Shown here piece after piece: positions 62,301 through 64,000 of a stretch of DNA of 64,000 nucleotides (position 1 is its first letter; every line of letters begins with the position of its first letter). The notes under the pieces were generated by a model. It was not told the origin of the DNA. It was given only the letters and a program-made list of their open reading frames with translations, and did no database searches. The stretch covers positions 1,798,001-1,862,000 of the forward strand of contig JBHGNT010000007.1 in NCBI GenBank assembly GCA_043228905.1, in the 5' to 3' direction. The position numbers were made by a program, and so were the translations under genes. The DNA comes from Azolla caroliniana. Taxonomy: Eukaryota > Plantae > Polypodiophyta.

Positions 62301-64000
62301 TCTGGAAACCGATATCTTCCACTATAGTAGAATCACACTCAAGAAACTCACTCGATACTTCAAACTTCTTATTTCCAAACTCAGGGATCTCTAAGATTTT
62401 ACTTCCTTCATTATGTGCTGTTTCAAATTTATTATAATGTTCCTTATTTTGCCCATTGACACACACTTTTGAAGTCTTCTTCTTCTTCGATGTTATGTGT
62501 CCTTTGATCAAAGGCCTGAGAGGCCAAACTCTCACTCCCCCAAGTTGTCCAACAAGCAAATATTGCAAAGATACGTGTAGGTCATAGATAGGGCCATTGC
62601 AGTCCACTATTGCACACTTAACAAGATGCAAACACTGGTTCTCTTGTTTTCCATTCATTGTCTCTTGTTTAGTTCTATGAAGATTCTTCACAGAATTTGC
62701 AGCTGAAAAATACCCTGTTTTAGCATTCCCAATGTTGTCTTCATCGTGATCTAGATGCTTTCGCCCATATTCGGCTGTAAGATTGACCAATTTCCCATTG
62801 CTACCATGGTCCTGACCTTGAGCTAGAAGATTCTCAGAAACTTCTGCAACAAGATCCCCATGCTTGGCATTCCTATAATGGTTTTGACCTTGACTGCACG
62901 CATCATTCCCACCAAAGTCATGATCTTGATCTCCAAATTGCACATTCTGACCAAGGTCATGATTATGACCTCCAGACTTGGCTCTCTGTTCAAGATCAAT
63001 ATCTTGAGCAACAGATTTGGAATTTCTACTGAGATCGTGTTCCCGACCACCACCAAGTTTCGCCGAAAGGATCCAAACTCTGGCAAGGGTGGGAGAGTAT
63101 AAAACCATCACATTGACTGAGGCTGAAATACCTATAAAGCTTCCATGTGGTATATCAAGGAAACGAGCCACTGAAAAGAAATTAGATTTTGAACAAGAAT
63201 TTCCTCCTTTACGATCTTCTTCTAATGAAACTGAAGTCTGTATAAATTGAAACTCGCTGCATTTCCATCCCACCACATCTGTTCCTGATCCACCTTTTGC
63301 CGGCTTTGCAACAAGAAACACTAGTTCATCAGTGTCTAAACCCGTGTTTCTTCCATTGCTCATGGATCCACATCCATCCATGGAATCACAGTGCTTCTTC
63401 TTCTTCTCCTCGTCAAATGGCTTTCTTTCATGAAAAAACTTATTATTCTGCTCAAAGAGCTTTGTATGTTCCTCAAAAGGATTTCTTCTTTCTTCCCAAA
63501 CCTTCTTCTTCTCATCAAAGGGCTTTCTTTCCTCACAGAGCTTCTTCTTCTCCTCTTCCAAATGCCTTCTTTGCTCAGAGGGCTTCTTCTCCTCTTCAAA
63601 TTTCCTTATTTTTGAATCATTTAACAATTTCCTTTCCTCATAAACCTTCTTCTCTTCCTCAAAATTCCTCGTTTTCACAGCATTTGGGACATTTCTAGAC
63701 TCAGATCTGGCGGATGATTTTCCCGAGGAAGAAGACGAAGATATGGTGTTGCTCTTAGAATTATTTCGCTCTCGGAGGTGAAGAAAGCAGAAATCAGAGC
63801 AAAGAGGAGGGATGATGAAAGGAGAAGGAGAAAGAGAAGACTTACCAGAGACAGGGGAAGAGAAGAGAAGACATGAAGAATCAGCCAAAAGGAAGGCAAA
63901 ACTCTGAGATGGAACATCAAGAAGAACCTTGACCACTTGAGAAGAAGAGGAGGAGGAGGAGGAGGAGGAGGAGAGAGGAACCTCTCCTATGCTTAGATTT
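59357..64000 (-). CDS. Conserved uncharacterised land-plant protein (probable beta-propeller-like core with low-complexity inserts); 5' end outside the window
   Basis: Exons >64000-62019, 61937-61413, 60795-60673, 59553-59473 and 59391-59357 (GT-AG, all phase 1, in frame to TAA). The frame is open to the window edge. From memory, blocks such as ASVNVMVLYS, LVKCAIVDC, GGVRVWPLRPLIKG, LILDSQGKLHIL and LWVSDG resemble an unnamed plant family. Confidence 0.8.

Overview
Land-plant nuclear DNA. It is probably from a non-seed plant such as a fern, which I infer from the Tcn1/sushi-type chromovirus and the gene content. The first ~29 kb is a transposon nest. A decayed LINE (L1-like) is interrupted by an intact Ty3/gypsy chromovirus with identical LTRs (2600-8282) and by an older Ty1/copia element (11324-17116). 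These are followed by two hAT-type MITEs, a young intact copia (19923-25696) and two solo-LTR-like relics. The rest holds a 5-exon CSLC (xyloglucan glucan synthase) gene, a convergent 3-exon U-box/ARM E3 ligase (PUB42/43/44 type), a tandemly duplicated pair of unrecognised coiled-coil genes and most of a conserved uncharacterised plant gene whose start lies beyond the right edge. The most striking signal is the chromovirus LTR architecture. It has an antisense tRNA-derived Pol III A-box/B-box module, refolded into a rod hairpin, at the U3 end, and this module recurs in other LTR-like relics of the window. It also has a tRNA-independent self-priming PBS and a clear -1 frameshift signal. All comparisons were made by eye, with no database searches.
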